Source: an uncultured delta proteobacterium (GTDB lineage: Bacteria; Myxococcota_A; Polyangia; Palsa-1104). Taken from it: a stretch of 64,000 nt of DNA. The position numbers and the translations under genes were made by a program. Position 1 is the first letter of the stretch; each line of letters begins with the position of its first letter. Shown here in pieces: positions 1 to 9,838 of this stretch. The stretch covers positions 96,001 through 160,000 of the forward strand of contig CAWAWS010000026.1 in assembly GCA_963785725.1 (NCBI GenBank). Reading direction: 5' to 3'. The notes under the pieces were generated by a model. It saw nothing but the letters and a program-made list of their open reading frames with translations. It was not told the origin of the DNA and did not search any database.

Positions 1-368
1 GTCAGGCCAACTACGCAGCCGCCAAAGCCGGCATTTACGGCCTCACGCGCACGCTCGCCATCGAGCTCAAGAAGGCGAACGTCACGGCCAATGCGCTCGC
101 GCCCATCGCTTTTACGCGCATGACCGAGGACATCGCGATGTTGACGGCGATGCCGAACGCCAAGGAGCTGCTGGCGCCCGAGCACATCGCGCCGATCGCG
201 CTCTTCCTGGCGTCGGACTTGGCGGCGGATATTACGGGAACCATCGTAGGCGTTCAGGGAACGCGGGTATCCATCTACAAGATGATCGAGACGACGGGGG
301 TAGCGGCGAAGGGTAGTGAATGGTCCGCGCAGGAGCTGCGCGAGCGGTGGAGCGAAATTTCGAAATGA
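1..368 (+). CDS. SDR family oxidoreductase, C-terminal part (5' truncated by the window)
   Basis: Frame from nt 3 reads QANYAAAKAGIYGLTRTLAIE...VTANALAP, containing the SDR catalytic YxxxK motif. Confidence 0.85.
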   Translation, partial: QANYAAAKAGIYGLTRTLAIELKKANVTANALAPIAFTRMTEDIAMLTAMPNAKELLAPEHIAPIALFLASDLAADITGTIVGVQGTRVSIYKMIETTGVAAKGSEWSAQELRERWSEISK

Positions 369-407
369 CGAACGACGCGTAGGCTTCCGCGTCGCGTCAC
401 GTTGCTG

Positions 408-587
408 TTAGACGCGGAAGTCTACGATGAAAACACCACGTTCTTCGCCCGGTTGCGGGCTGGATGTGCCGTCCTGATTCGGATAGACGGGCATGTCCAT
501 GGGCAGCTCCAACACCGGCTGTTCCCGATGCTGACGCTCCTCTTCTTCCCGGCGCCGGATCTCATCGATGATCCAAGGGTCGAGCAT
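408..587 (-). CDS. Small charged hypothetical protein (59 aa, MLDPWIIDEIRRREEEER...)
   Basis: ATG at 587 preceded by GGAGG Shine-Dalgarno; sigma54-like promoter upstream. Confidence 0.7.
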   Translation of the reverse strand: MLDPWIIDEIRRREEEERQHREQPVLELPMDMPVYPNQDGTSSPQPGEERGVFIVDFRV

Positions 588-638
588 TTTCGTCCTCCAC
601 GCCGGGGATACGAACCGGCTGTGCCCACTCACATGAGA

Positions 639-654
639 TGCAACCGAGGCGCCA
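639..654 (-). promoter_or_regulatory. sigma54 (-24/-12) promoter for the 408..587 gene
   Basis: Minus strand TGGCGCCTCGGTTGCA = GG-N10-GC with TGGC and TTGCA; AT-rich tract upstream (about 660-705). Confidence 0.7.
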
Positions 655-807
655 AAGAGTCAAGTAAAGTTCGGAACCGCTGAAGCCTTGAAATTCCTTC
701 GTATCACACGTGGACCCAAGCTGTAGGTGCACGGCCAGACTGGGGCTCGAGGCCACGGCAGCGGTGTCGAAATACCTCGCCACCGCGCAGTTTTTGCGAC
801 GTACGGT

Positions 808-1620
808 TCAGCACGAAGATTCAATCGGCTCCTGCAGAAACGACATGAGCAGGCGATTGAATTCGGTCCCGTTTTCTTGGTGCACGAAGTGGCCGCCGTC
901 AAGAGTACGGATCAACGGCGGCGTCGGCCCACCGTAGCCACGCTCGGCACCGGTGCAGACTTCGAGGCCGACGCAGCCGTCACCACGGCCGTGCACGTAG
1001 AGCGCAGGCACCGTCGTGGGCGCGAACAGGAGCGCGCGCGCGGGCGAGCGGAGGTCGCGAATTGCGCGGTAGTAGGCGAGCACGTCGGCGACGCGGTGGC
1101 GCAGCGCGTGTTTGACGGCGCGCATCTCGTCGGGCGGCGGCGTGAACGACGGCGACCAGGCGCGCCACAGGCGATCGACGAGCGCGAAGTCGTGGGCGGC
1201 GAGCGCTCGCTCGGCGACCAAGGGAAGCTGGAAGAGGCCGATGTACCAGCTGCGGCGAAATTGCGCGCGGGTGGCGAAGTTGCGCGCGGTGGCGGCCAGC
1301 TGCGGCACGGCGACGGTGACGACGCGGCAGAACGCGTCGGGCGCGAGCGCGCAGGCGGCGTAGGCGGCGATGGCGCCCCAGTCGTGACCGACGAGCACGG
1401 CGCGACGGTCGCCGGCGAAGTGGCGCGCGAGACCGACGAGATCGGCGCCGAGCGCGCCCGCGTCGTAGCGGCCGTCACGGGCGATCGACGACGGCGCGTA
1501 GCCGCGCATCGTCGGCACGACGACGCGGAAGCCGGCGGCGACCAGCGGCGGCAGCTGCTCGCGGAACGAGCGCGCGCAGTCGGGAAAGCCGTGCGCCAGG
1601 ATGACGACCGGGCCGTCCAC
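808..1620 (-). CDS. Alpha/beta hydrolase, epoxide hydrolase-like
   Basis: HGFP oxyanion motif, GHDWGA nucleophile elbow, C-terminal GHF; the open frame extends to 1671 so the start is uncertain. Confidence 0.85.
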   Translation of the reverse strand: MDGPVVILAHGFPDCARSFREQLPPLVAAGFRVVVPTMRGYAPSSIARDGRYDAGALGADLVGLARHFAGDRRAVLVGHDWGAIAAYAACALAPDAFCRVVTVAVPQLAATARNFATRAQFRRSWYIGLFQLPLVAERALAAHDFALVDRLWRAWSPSFTPPPDEMRAVKHALRHRVADVLAYYRAIRDLRSPARALLFAPTTVPALYVHGRGDGCVGLEVCTGAERGYGGPTPPLIRTLDGGHFVHQENGTEFNRLLMSFLQEPIESSC

Positions 1621-1667
1621 CGCGCCGGCGACATCGCACGCCAGCGCCGCGCCGCCGACGTCGACGA

Positions 1668-2327
1668 CTACTCGAGCGTCTCAATCTTCCACACGCCGTC
1701 CTCGCGCACGAGCTTGACCTGCCGGCGCTCGCCGAGCGGCAGCCGCGCCTCGTCACCGACGAGCTCGAGGGGCTCGTCGAGGTGCGCGCGCGCCGTCGCC
1801 AGCTGCGCCATGAGCTCGTCGCGCCGCTCGCCTTCCCAGCTCTTTTGCAGCGTCTCGGCCGTGATGGTGTTGCGATATTTCTGCGGAATGAAGCGCAAGA
1901 CGATGTCCCACCGCTTGCGCTCGATGGCGCGCACGAAGGAGCGCAAGGCTTCGTCGGGCGCGCGCTGCGGATAGAGCTCGAGTGGATCGCGCGCAAAGCG
2001 CCAGCCGTCGGGCTCTTGCACGAGCGACAGCCGCTCGCCGTCGCCGAGCTCGACCTCGGCGCGCAGCTGCGCGTGGCCTTTGGCGAGCCGGCCGAGCGGA
2101 CTTTGACCTGCGGGCGACGACGGCGACGGCAAGCTGCGCACGAACGCGTCGCGGCTGTGGCCGGCGCGATAGTCGGCGCTCATGAGCGCGTAGGCGTCGT
2201 CGGTGCGCCCGGCGGCGACGGCGGCGGCGAAGGCGCGCACGGTGTCGTCGGGCCCGCTCGGCGCACGATGCGCGCAGCCGGCAGCCGCACTGACGAGCAA
2301 GAGACCAGCCACGAAGCAGTCACGCAC
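1668..2327 (-). CDS. Hypothetical lipoprotein
   Basis: Hydrophobic signal ending AAGC (lipobox); GTG 2327 lies 8 nt after an extended -10 TGcTATGGT. Confidence 0.65.
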   Translation of the reverse strand: MRDCFVAGLLLVSAAAGCAHRAPSGPDDTVRAFAAAVAAGRTDDAYALMSADYRAGHSRDAFVRSLPSPSSPAGQSPLGRLAKGHAQLRAEVELGDGERLSLVQEPDGWRFARDPLELYPQRAPDEALRSFVRAIERKRWDIVLRFIPQKYRNTITAETLQKSWEGERRDELMAQLATARAHLDEPLELVGDEARLPLGERRQVKLVREDGVWKIETLE

Positions 2328-2430
2328 GGCTCGCGACCATAGCACGCGCACGAACGCTCACGGCGGCAACGGTCTTGCCGCGCGACCGACTTGCCGGCGG
2401 CGACGGCGGGAGGCATCGTGCGGTCCTATC

Positions 2431-2859
2431 ATGGCTGCCGCTTGCGTCTTCTGCAGCATCGTTCGCGGCGAGCTGCCGGCGTCGTTCGTCCTGCGCGCCG
2501 ACGGCATCGTCGCCTTCTTGGATCAGCGTCCGCTGTTCAAGGGCCACGTGCTCGTCATCCCCGAAGCGCACGTGCCGACGCTGCACGAGCTGCCGCCGGC
2601 GCTGGTGCAGCCGCTCTTCGGCGCCGTGCAGCGGCTGTCGGCGGCGGTCGTGCGCGGCCTCGCTGCCGACGGCAGCTTCGTCGCCTCCAACAACGTCGTC
2701 TCGCAGTCGGTGCCGCATCTGCACGTGCACGTCGTGCCGCGCCGCCGCGGCGACGGCCTGCGCGGCTTCTTCTGGCCGCGCGTCAAATACGCCGACGACG
2801 CCGAGCGCGACGACTTCGCCGCGCGCATCGCGGCGGCACTGCAACCGGCGGCTAAGTAA
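2431..2859 (+). CDS. HIT family nucleotide hydrolase
   Basis: CVFC N-terminus, GHVLVIP, histidine triad HLHVH. Confidence 0.9.
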   Translation: MAAACVFCSIVRGELPASFVLRADGIVAFLDQRPLFKGHVLVIPEAHVPTLHELPPALVQPLFGAVQRLSAAVVRGLAADGSFVASNNVVSQSVPHLHVHVVPRRRGDGLRGFFWPRVKYADDAERDDFAARIAAALQPAAK

Positions 2860-2867
2860 ACGCGTGT

Positions 2868-5189
2868 TTACTTCTTCGGCGGCGTCGGCAGCGCGTCCGG
2901 CTTCTCGCGGAAGACCATCCACAGCGCCGCCGGCAAGGCCGTAAAATCGGCGATCATCGACAGCACGAAGGCCAGGCACGACAAGATGCCGAACTGACGA
3001 ATCGGCGGCAGCGTCGAGAAGGCGAAGGCCAAGAAGCCGCCGGCGTTGATGATGGTCGCGAAGAAGATGGCGCGGCCGGCGATGGAGAGCGTGTGCTTGA
3101 GCGCCTGCTCGGTCGTCTGCCCGGCGTGGCGCGCCTCTTGGAAGTGGTAGAAAAAGTGGATCTGATCGTTCTCGGAGGTGCCCAACACCGTCGAGGCGAT
3201 CAAGATCGTCGCCACGTTCAGGTTCATGTGCACGAGCCGCATGACGCCGAACATGACCAAGATGGCGAACAGCGACGGAATCATCGCCATCAACCGCGCC
3301 GCGCCCGAGCGGAACACGAGCAGGAACGTGCCGAAGATAATGACGACGGTGAGGCCAAAGCTCTGCGTCAGCGTCGGGACCAGCTGCGCCGAGATGCGCG
3401 CTTGCAGCGGCGCCAGGCCCACGACCTCCATCTGCAGCTCGGCCAGCGCCGGGTCGGCCTTCTGCGCGTCGGCCCACTTCTGCTTGATCATCTTTTGCAG
3501 CGAGAGGAAGCCTTGGTAGTCGACGGTCTTCGTCACCACCGACAGGTGCGACTGCGACAGCTTGGCATCGATGAACCGGCCCAGCATCGGCTCTTTCGGC
3601 AGCAGAGTCTCCAAGTTGCCGGCCGCCTCTTCCATGCCCTCTTCGGTCGTCGGCAGCTGGTCGCCCTCGCCGCTGACGTAGCGCAAGGAGCTCAGCATCG
3701 CCGTCGGGCCGATGACCGTGCCCACGCGCGGGTCACTCTCGAGCGCCGCCGAGAGATGCTCGAGCCCGCGCAAGACCGGCGCGTCCGAGATCGTGCCCGG
3801 CTTGCCGTGCACCCAGACTTCGGTGATCGACAGCCCCGTAATCTGCTTCTCGAGCTGCTTCGTGTCTTTGTAGAGCTTGGCGTCGTGGTTGATGTACTCG
3901 AGCGCGTCGGTCTGCAGCTCCATCGGCTTGAGCACGCCGGGAATGCCGAACAAGAGCGCCGCGCCGCCGAGGCTCATGAGCAGCGCCGACGGCACCAAGA
4001 TCCAGCGGAAACGATAGGAGAAGCGCGGCAGGAAATCGACGAACTTCAAGAACCACTGGCCGGCGACCTTGCGCGTCTTCTCGGTCGGCGTCTGCAGCAC
4101 CTTTTGCAGCGCCGGGAACAGCGTGAACACCGTAATCCACGTGAACACGAGGCCTTCGGCGACCCACAGGCCGAGCTCTTTGATCGGCCGAATGTCGCTC
4201 ACCGACAGCGCCGCGAAGCCGACCGCCGTCGCGAAGATCGAGGCCGTCGCGGCCACGAACTTGTTGGCCAGCGCGAAGGACTGATGCTCGTCGATGGAGC
4301 GCGTCGGATCGTCGACCTCGACGAAGCGCGAGTGCAAATAGACGAGCGTCGCCGTGCAAGTAATGAGGATGGTCATCGGCACGAGCGCGGAGACGATCGA
4401 GAAGGTGCCGCCGGTGAGGCCGATGAAGCCGACGGTGAGCGCGGCGCACATGCCGAGCGTCAACACGAAGGCGACGAGCGTGCGGAACGAGCGGTAGAGG
4501 ATCCAGTTCAAGATGATGACGAAGAGCATGAAGAGCGGGAAATATTTGTAGCCGCTCGTGCGCGTGTCCTCGTCGAGGTAGGCGTTGACGTAGGGCTGTC
4601 CGACCTTGCGCAAGGCCGTGAACGGCGGCAGGTTCTCACCGAACGGCTTGAGCGCCGCGTCGACGTCGCCGATGGTCTTTTGCCGCTCGTCGGCGTTCTT
4701 GACGTCGAGCAGGAGCGGCATCGCCAGCATGTGATCGCCGTAAAGTCCCTGCTTCTTGAACAGCTTGGTGCCGGTGATGAAGGTCTTGAAGGCGGCGGCG
4801 GCGGCGGGCGAGCCGTCGTAGCCGGCCTTGGCGCGCTTGAAGATGGTGAGCGCGCTCGAGACCGTCACTTTCGGCAGCTTGCCGACGGCGTCTTCCATCT
4901 CGCCGAAGCGGTGCACGACGTCGGGCGCGAACGGATCGTCGGCCTCGGCGAGGATGAGCACGTACTCGCCGTGGCCGAAGACGCCTTCGAAGCGCTTGTT
5001 GGCGGCGTAGGTCGGGTCGCTCTGGACGATCAGCCGCTCGAGCGAGTTGTCTTGCTGCACGCGCGTCGCCAAGTAGGCGGCCGGCGGCAAGAGGAGGGCG
5101 TAGATGGCGATGATCAGCCACCGGCGATGGACGATTTTGCGGAAGATCCCGGACAGCCGAGACTCGAAGGGCGTAATCACGTTGGGCAT
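2868..5189 (-). CDS. MMPL/RND family membrane transporter
   Basis: 773 aa with a repeated TM + periplasmic loop + multi-TM bundle architecture. Confidence 0.8.
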   Translation of the reverse strand: MPNVITPFESRLSGIFRKIVHRRWLIIAIYALLLPPAAYLATRVQQDNSLERLIVQSDPTYAANKRFEGVFGHGEYVLILAEADDPFAPDVVHRFGEMEDAVGKLPKVTVSSALTIFKRAKAGYDGSPAAAAAFKTFITGTKLFKKQGLYGDHMLAMPLLLDVKNADERQKTIGDVDAALKPFGENLPPFTALRKVGQPYVNAYLDEDTRTSGYKYFPLFMLFVIILNWILYRSFRTLVAFVLTLGMCAALTVGFIGLTGGTFSIVSALVPMTILITCTATLVYLHSRFVEVDDPTRSIDEHQSFALANKFVAATASIFATAVGFAALSVSDIRPIKELGLWVAEGLVFTWITVFTLFPALQKVLQTPTEKTRKVAGQWFLKFVDFLPRFSYRFRWILVPSALLMSLGGAALLFGIPGVLKPMELQTDALEYINHDAKLYKDTKQLEKQITGLSITEVWVHGKPGTISDAPVLRGLEHLSAALESDPRVGTVIGPTAMLSSLRYVSGEGDQLPTTEEGMEEAAGNLETLLPKEPMLGRFIDAKLSQSHLSVVTKTVDYQGFLSLQKMIKQKWADAQKADPALAELQMEVVGLAPLQARISAQLVPTLTQSFGLTVVIIFGTFLLVFRSGAARLMAMIPSLFAILVMFGVMRLVHMNLNVATILIASTVLGTSENDQIHFFYHFQEARHAGQTTEQALKHTLSIAGRAIFFATIINAGGFLAFAFSTLPPIRQFGILSCLAFVLSMIADFTALPAALWMVFREKPDALPTPPKK

Positions 5190-5235
5190 CGTATCTCAAC
5201 TCTCGCGCGGCGCATTCAACTTGCTATAAGTAGGC

Positions 5236-6969
5236 ATGCGCTGCGCGATCATCCACTCGGCCGAAGTTTTTTCGTCGCTGGCCGGCGCGTGGGACGACTT
5301 GGCGCGCAAGGCCGAGACGGGCCTGTTCTTGTCGCACGGCTGGCTGTCGTCGTGGTGGCGCGCCTTTCACGGCGTCGACGAGCTGTGGGTGCTGACGCTG
5401 GAAGAGGACGACGGCACGCTCGTCGCCGGCTGGCCGCTGCATCTGCGCGCGCCGCGCTCGGGCGCCTTGCGCGTCGCCGAATTGCGCGCCGTCGGCGATT
5501 TGGGCGGCGCCGCCGGCATGGGCCTCGATCGCTCGATCGTCTGTCAGCCCGGGCGTGAACGCGAGGCCTGCGCGGCCTTCGTCGATACGCTGTTGTCGAC
5601 GCGCGGCTGGGACGTGCTCGACGTGCCGACGTCGCGCCGCGAGATCGCCGACGCGCTCGAGGTCGCCCTCATCAACGGCGGCTCGAAGCTCGACCGCGTG
5701 CCGGCGCTCGGGCGCGCCTTCCTGGATCTGCCGGCGCCGGCCGACTGGGACGAGTTCGCGCGCACGCGCCGGCCGCAGCGCGCGGTCGGCGGCGCCGTCT
5801 ACGCCACGGCCGAGATCGACGTCCCGCACGCGCTCGACGAGCTGTTGCGCCTCCTGCGCAAGGAGTGGGCGGCGCGCGAAGCGGCGTCGCCGGCGGCCGA
5901 TCCGCAAGCCGTGTCGTTCCTGCAGGAGGCCGTGCCGCTCCTGCATGCGCGCGGTATCTTGCGCTTGGGTCTCATCGGCCTCGAAGGCGCCGGCGCCATC
6001 GCCGCCGATCTCGTGGTCATCGACGGCGACCGCGCCGTGCAGCTCTTGCGCGGCGCCGATCCCGAGCATGCGCCGGCCGGCGTGTCCGAGCAGCTGACGT
6101 GGGGATCGATCGAGACGGCGGTCCAAGCGCGCCAGCATCGCTTCGAGTTCGCCGACGAAGATCCGGCCTGGACGGTGCCGCACGCGCGAATCGACCGGCT
6201 GCGCACCTGGAACACCACGACGGCGGGTCGGCTGCATCGCGGCGTCTCGGCGATCACCGGCGCGATGCGCTCGATCGAGCCCTTGTCGACGCAGGCCAAG
6301 GCGCGGCAGCGGTCGCCGTCGGGCGCGTGGCGCGCGTTCGACAAGCTGAAGACGGCGGCGCCCGACGTCGTGCAGCGCGCCGTCGCTCGCGTCGCCACGT
6401 ATACGATCTTGCACCTCTATCGCGGCGAGCTCTTCACGCGCAACGTGCGCGAATCGGGCGAGCTGACGCTGTCCTTGTTCACGCGCACGCAGTTCGACGC
6501 GCTCGACGAGGCCACGCGCGACGAATACATCGCGCGCCTCGACCTGCAGGAAGCCTATTGCCGGCAGAAGTGGGATCGCGGCGACACCGTCGTGCTGGCG
6601 CTGGCCGGCGAGCGACCGGCCGGCATCTTGTGGTGCGCGCGGGCGCCGGTCTACGTGCCCGACATCGGTCGTGAAGTGCGGCCCGGCGCCGGCGAGTGTT
6701 ACATCCACGACGTCTACGTCCATCCCGACGAGCGCGGCCGCCAAGTCGCGCCGGCGATGCTCGATTTTCTGTCGCGCGAGCTCAGGCGGCGCGACGTCTA
6801 TCGCGCCTGGGCGCTCATCGAGCGCACCAACGTCGCCTCGACGCGCGCATTCGAGAAGGCCGCTTATGCCTCGGTCGCCGACGTCGTGTACGCGCGCATG
6901 GGCCTCGCGTCGCGGCTGTTCGTGCGTCCGCCCGATCCCGAAGCGCGCTCGTTCCTCGGCCTGCCCTAA
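5236..6969 (+). CDS. Double-GNAT acetyltransferase (CelD/BcsL-like GNAT plus C-terminal GNAT)
   Basis: N-terminal LFLSHGWLSSWWRAF typical of CelD-like GNATs; C-terminal VYVHPDERGRQVA...NVASTRAFEKA acetyl-CoA motifs. Confidence 0.7.
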   Translation: MRCAIIHSAEVFSSLAGAWDDLARKAETGLFLSHGWLSSWWRAFHGVDELWVLTLEEDDGTLVAGWPLHLRAPRSGALRVAELRAVGDLGGAAGMGLDRSIVCQPGREREACAAFVDTLLSTRGWDVLDVPTSRREIADALEVALINGGSKLDRVPALGRAFLDLPAPADWDEFARTRRPQRAVGGAVYATAEIDVPHALDELLRLLRKEWAAREAASPAADPQAVSFLQEAVPLLHARGILRLGLIGLEGAGAIAADLVVIDGDRAVQLLRGADPEHAPAGVSEQLTWGSIETAVQARQHRFEFADEDPAWTVPHARIDRLRTWNTTTAGRLHRGVSAITGAMRSIEPLSTQAKARQRSPSGAWRAFDKLKTAAPDVVQRAVARVATYTILHLYRGELFTRNVRESGELTLSLFTRTQFDALDEATRDEYIARLDLQEAYCRQKWDRGDTVVLALAGERPAGILWCARAPVYVPDIGREVRPGAGECYIHDVYVHPDERGRQVAPAMLDFLSRELRRRDVYRAWALIERTNVASTRAFEKAAYASVADVVYARMGLASRLFVRPPDPEARSFLGLP

Positions 6970-7061
6970 TTCCTTCGAAGTAGCCCGACCGCGCGGGCGG
7001 ATGACGCCTGGTTGCGCCTACTTGTGAATCAGGTGGCGCGGGCCTGGGCTCGGCCTATCTG

Positions 7062-7077
7062 CGGCATGGCGCTCGCA
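7062..7077 (+). promoter_or_regulatory. Possible sigma54 promoter for the GT4-flippase genes
   Basis: CGGCATGGCGCTCGCA = GG-N10-GC, with an imperfect -12 (TCGC). Confidence 0.4.
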
Positions 7078-7102
7078 GAAGCTGGGCGGCGGGAGGCTTC
7101 GG

Positions 7103-8341
7103 ATGCCAACGGTAACCGCGGAAGGGAAAGCGAGTTCTCTTTCGCAGGAAAAGCGACGGGGACCAGCGATATGGCTGGTGCTCGACCTCGATCCCAAGAA
7201 GCGCGGCTCGATGGAGCAGCAGCTCTTGGCGCTCGCCGCGCAGCTGCGGGATGACGGCGCCCTAGCGACGTTCGTCTTCAACCGTCCGCCGCCGGCGTGG
7301 CTCGACGACGGCCTGAGCGATCGCGGCGTCGACGTGCGCGTCCTCGATTTTCGGCGGCCGGCGCGCGCGGCGTTTCAGTTTCTCGGCTGGGTGAGCGTGG
7401 CGCGGCCGGAGCTCGTGCACTTCCACTTCGTGCGCGCCTATTCGCCGCTCGTCGTCATCGCGCATGCGGCCGGCGCGCGCGTCATCTTGCACGACCACAT
7501 GACGCTGGGACAGCCGGTGATTCCGGTGCGCAAGCGCTCGCAGCTGGAGCAGGAGCTCGTCAGCTGCTACAAACGGGCGCGCGCGTCGCTGCTCAACCGG
7601 CTCATCGACCTGCGCGTCGCCGTCAGCCGCTTCGTGGCGACGAGCGTGCGCGAGTCCGAGCATTGCGCAGGCGAGCAGCAGCAAGTCGTCGAGAACGGCA
7701 TCGATCTGTCGCGCTTCTTGGCGGCCGACGGCGCCGGGCTGCGCGCCGAGCTGCGCGCCGCGGCGCGGCCGGTCATCGTGTGCATCTCGCGGCTGACGCC
7801 CGACAAAGGCGTCGACGTGCTCATTCGCGCGCTCGCCCGCGTCGGCCGCGACGCGCTCTTGCTCCTCGTCGGTGACGGCTTCGAAGAGGCGAAATATCGC
7901 GCGCTGGCGGCGTCGCTGGGCCTGCAAGATCACGTGCGCTTCTTGGGCCTGCGCAACGACGTCGAGCGCGTCTTGGCCGCCGCCGACGTCGTCGTCACGC
8001 CTTCGCTGTGGGACGAAGCCTTCGGCCTGTGCGTCGTCGAGGCGATGGCCACCGGTCGCCCGGTCGTCGTCACGCGTGCCGGCGCCATGCCCGAGATCGT
8101 CGACGAAGGGCGCTGCGGCCTCATCGTGCCCAAAGGCGACGACGTCGCGCTCGCCGGCGCCATCGGCCGCTTGCTCGACGATCCGGCGCTGGCCGCGCGC
8201 CTCGGCGAAGCCGGCCGCCAGCGCGCGCGCCAAGCCTACGGGCTGCAGACGTTCGTGACCCGCATGTCGGCGGTCTATCGCGCGCTCGTGCCGTCGTTGC
8301 GCGCGCCCGTCGATGCGCCGCCGCTTTTGAGGGCGGCATGA
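7103..8341 (+). CDS. Glycosyltransferase family 4
   Basis: ENGID, RLTPDKG, EAFGLCVVEAMATGRPVV (EX7E) motifs. Confidence 0.9.
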   Translation: MPTVTAEGKASSLSQEKRRGPAIWLVLDLDPKKRGSMEQQLLALAAQLRDDGALATFVFNRPPPAWLDDGLSDRGVDVRVLDFRRPARAAFQFLGWVSVARPELVHFHFVRAYSPLVVIAHAAGARVILHDHMTLGQPVIPVRKRSQLEQELVSCYKRARASLLNRLIDLRVAVSRFVATSVRESEHCAGEQQQVVENGIDLSRFLAADGAGLRAELRAAARPVIVCISRLTPDKGVDVLIRALARVGRDALLLLVGDGFEEAKYRALAASLGLQDHVRFLGLRNDVERVLAAADVVVTPSLWDEAFGLCVVEAMATGRPVVVTRAGAMPEIVDEGRCGLIVPKGDDVALAGAIGRLLDDPALAARLGEAGRQRARQAYGLQTFVTRMSAVYRALVPSLRAPVDAPPLLRAA

Positions 8342-9837
8342 ACGCGCTCGATCGCTTTCGCGCCGTCGTCCGCCGCGTGCTCGGCGCGTCCGGGCCGCTC
8401 GTCGGCGGCCGCCTGGTCTCGGCGGTGTTGACGTTCGCGCTGCCGCTCATTTTGGCGCGCCTCCTGACGCCGCAAGCCTTCGGCACCTACAAGCAGTTCT
8501 TCTTGATCGTCGTGACGCTGCAGCTGACCGGGCAGCTCGGCTTGACGCAGTCGCTCTATTATTTCCTGCCGCGCGGCGGTCGCGAGCGCGGCGCCTATGT
8601 CGCGCAGACGCTCTTGTCGCTCGGGATCTTGGGCGCCGTCTTCGGGGTCGCGCTCTATTTCCTGGCGCCCTATCTCGGCCACTGGCTCGGCGACGGCTCG
8701 CTCGGCGCGCTGCGCGGACCGCTGGCCGTCTTCGGCGGCTTGCAGCTGGCATCGGCGGCGCTCGAGAGCGTCGTCACCGCCGAAGGCCGCATCGGCGTCG
8801 CCGCCATCACCTACGTCATGACCGATGGCATCCGCGCCGCGTTCCTCATCATCGGCGCCAAGTATTTCGGGCCGAGCGGGCTGTTTTGGGCCGCCGCCAT
8901 CACCGCCGGCTTACGCATCCTCGGCTGCATGGGCATCGTCGCCGGCGGCATCGTCCCCATCGCGAAGCCGCACAAAGCGCTGTTCCGCACGCAGCTGGCC
9001 TACGCGCTGCCGTTCGCGGGCTCGTCGTATCTGTACGTCGCGCAGCGCTACTTCTCGCAGTATGCGGTGTCGGCGTCGTTCGACTCGGCGACGTTCGCGC
9101 TCTTCGCCGTCGCGTCGTTCCACATGCCGGTCGTCGACATCGTGTTCACGCCGCTGGCCGACGTCATGATGGTGCACATCGGCAAAGCGCATCACCAGGG
9201 CGAGCCGCGGGCGGCCTGGCTGGCGTGGAACGACACGATTCAGAAGCTGGGCGCGCTGCTGTTCCCGGCGGCGGCGTGCGCTTGGCTGTTCGGCCCGACG
9301 GTGTTGCCGCTGCTCTTTACCCACAAATACGACGGATCGGTGCCGCTCTTCATGATCGCGACGCTGGAGATTCCGTTCTGGGTGCTGCCGCTCGATGCGC
9401 TCCTGCGTTCGTTCGGCGACACGCGCTTTTTATTCGCGTTCAACGGCGGCCGCATCGTGTTCACGGCCGCGTTCGTGCTCGGCGGCATCCACTTCTTCGG
9501 TCTGCAAGGTGCCGTCGCCGGCGCGGTCGCGTCCGAGGTGTTGGCGCGCGGCCTCATGTTGGCGCGCGGTCGCAAATTCCTCGGCGTCAGCTTCGTCGGC
9601 ACCTGCGACTGGGCCGCGCTCGGCCGCACGGCCGCGGCGGCGACGGCCGCGGGGGCGCCGGCGTATGCCATGCATCGCCTGCCGCTGCATCCGCTTCCGT
9701 CGGTGCTGCTGTCGGGCCTCGTCTACGGCGCCGGCTACTTGGCGCTCTTGCAGGCCATGCGCAAGCGGCTCGGCGCTTCGGTCGTCGCGACGCCGGCGCC
9801 GCCCGATTCGACCTCCGCCTTCTTCGTCAACGGCTGA
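8338..9837 (+). CDS. Wzx-like oligosaccharide flippase
   Basis: ATGA overlap with GT4; ILARLLTPQAFGTY motif; many TM helices. Confidence 0.8.
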   Translation: MNALDRFRAVVRRVLGASGPLVGGRLVSAVLTFALPLILARLLTPQAFGTYKQFFLIVVTLQLTGQLGLTQSLYYFLPRGGRERGAYVAQTLLSLGILGAVFGVALYFLAPYLGHWLGDGSLGALRGPLAVFGGLQLASAALESVVTAEGRIGVAAITYVMTDGIRAAFLIIGAKYFGPSGLFWAAAITAGLRILGCMGIVAGGIVPIAKPHKALFRTQLAYALPFAGSSYLYVAQRYFSQYAVSASFDSATFALFAVASFHMPVVDIVFTPLADVMMVHIGKAHHQGEPRAAWLAWNDTIQKLGALLFPAAACAWLFGPTVLPLLFTHKYDGSVPLFMIATLEIPFWVLPLDALLRSFGDTRFLFAFNGGRIVFTAAFVLGGIHFFGLQGAVAGAVASEVLARGLMLARGRKFLGVSFVGTCDWAALGRTAAAATAAGAPAYAMHRLPLHPLPSVLLSGLVYGAGYLALLQAMRKRLGASVVATPAPPDSTSAFFVNG

Positions 9838-9838
9838 G

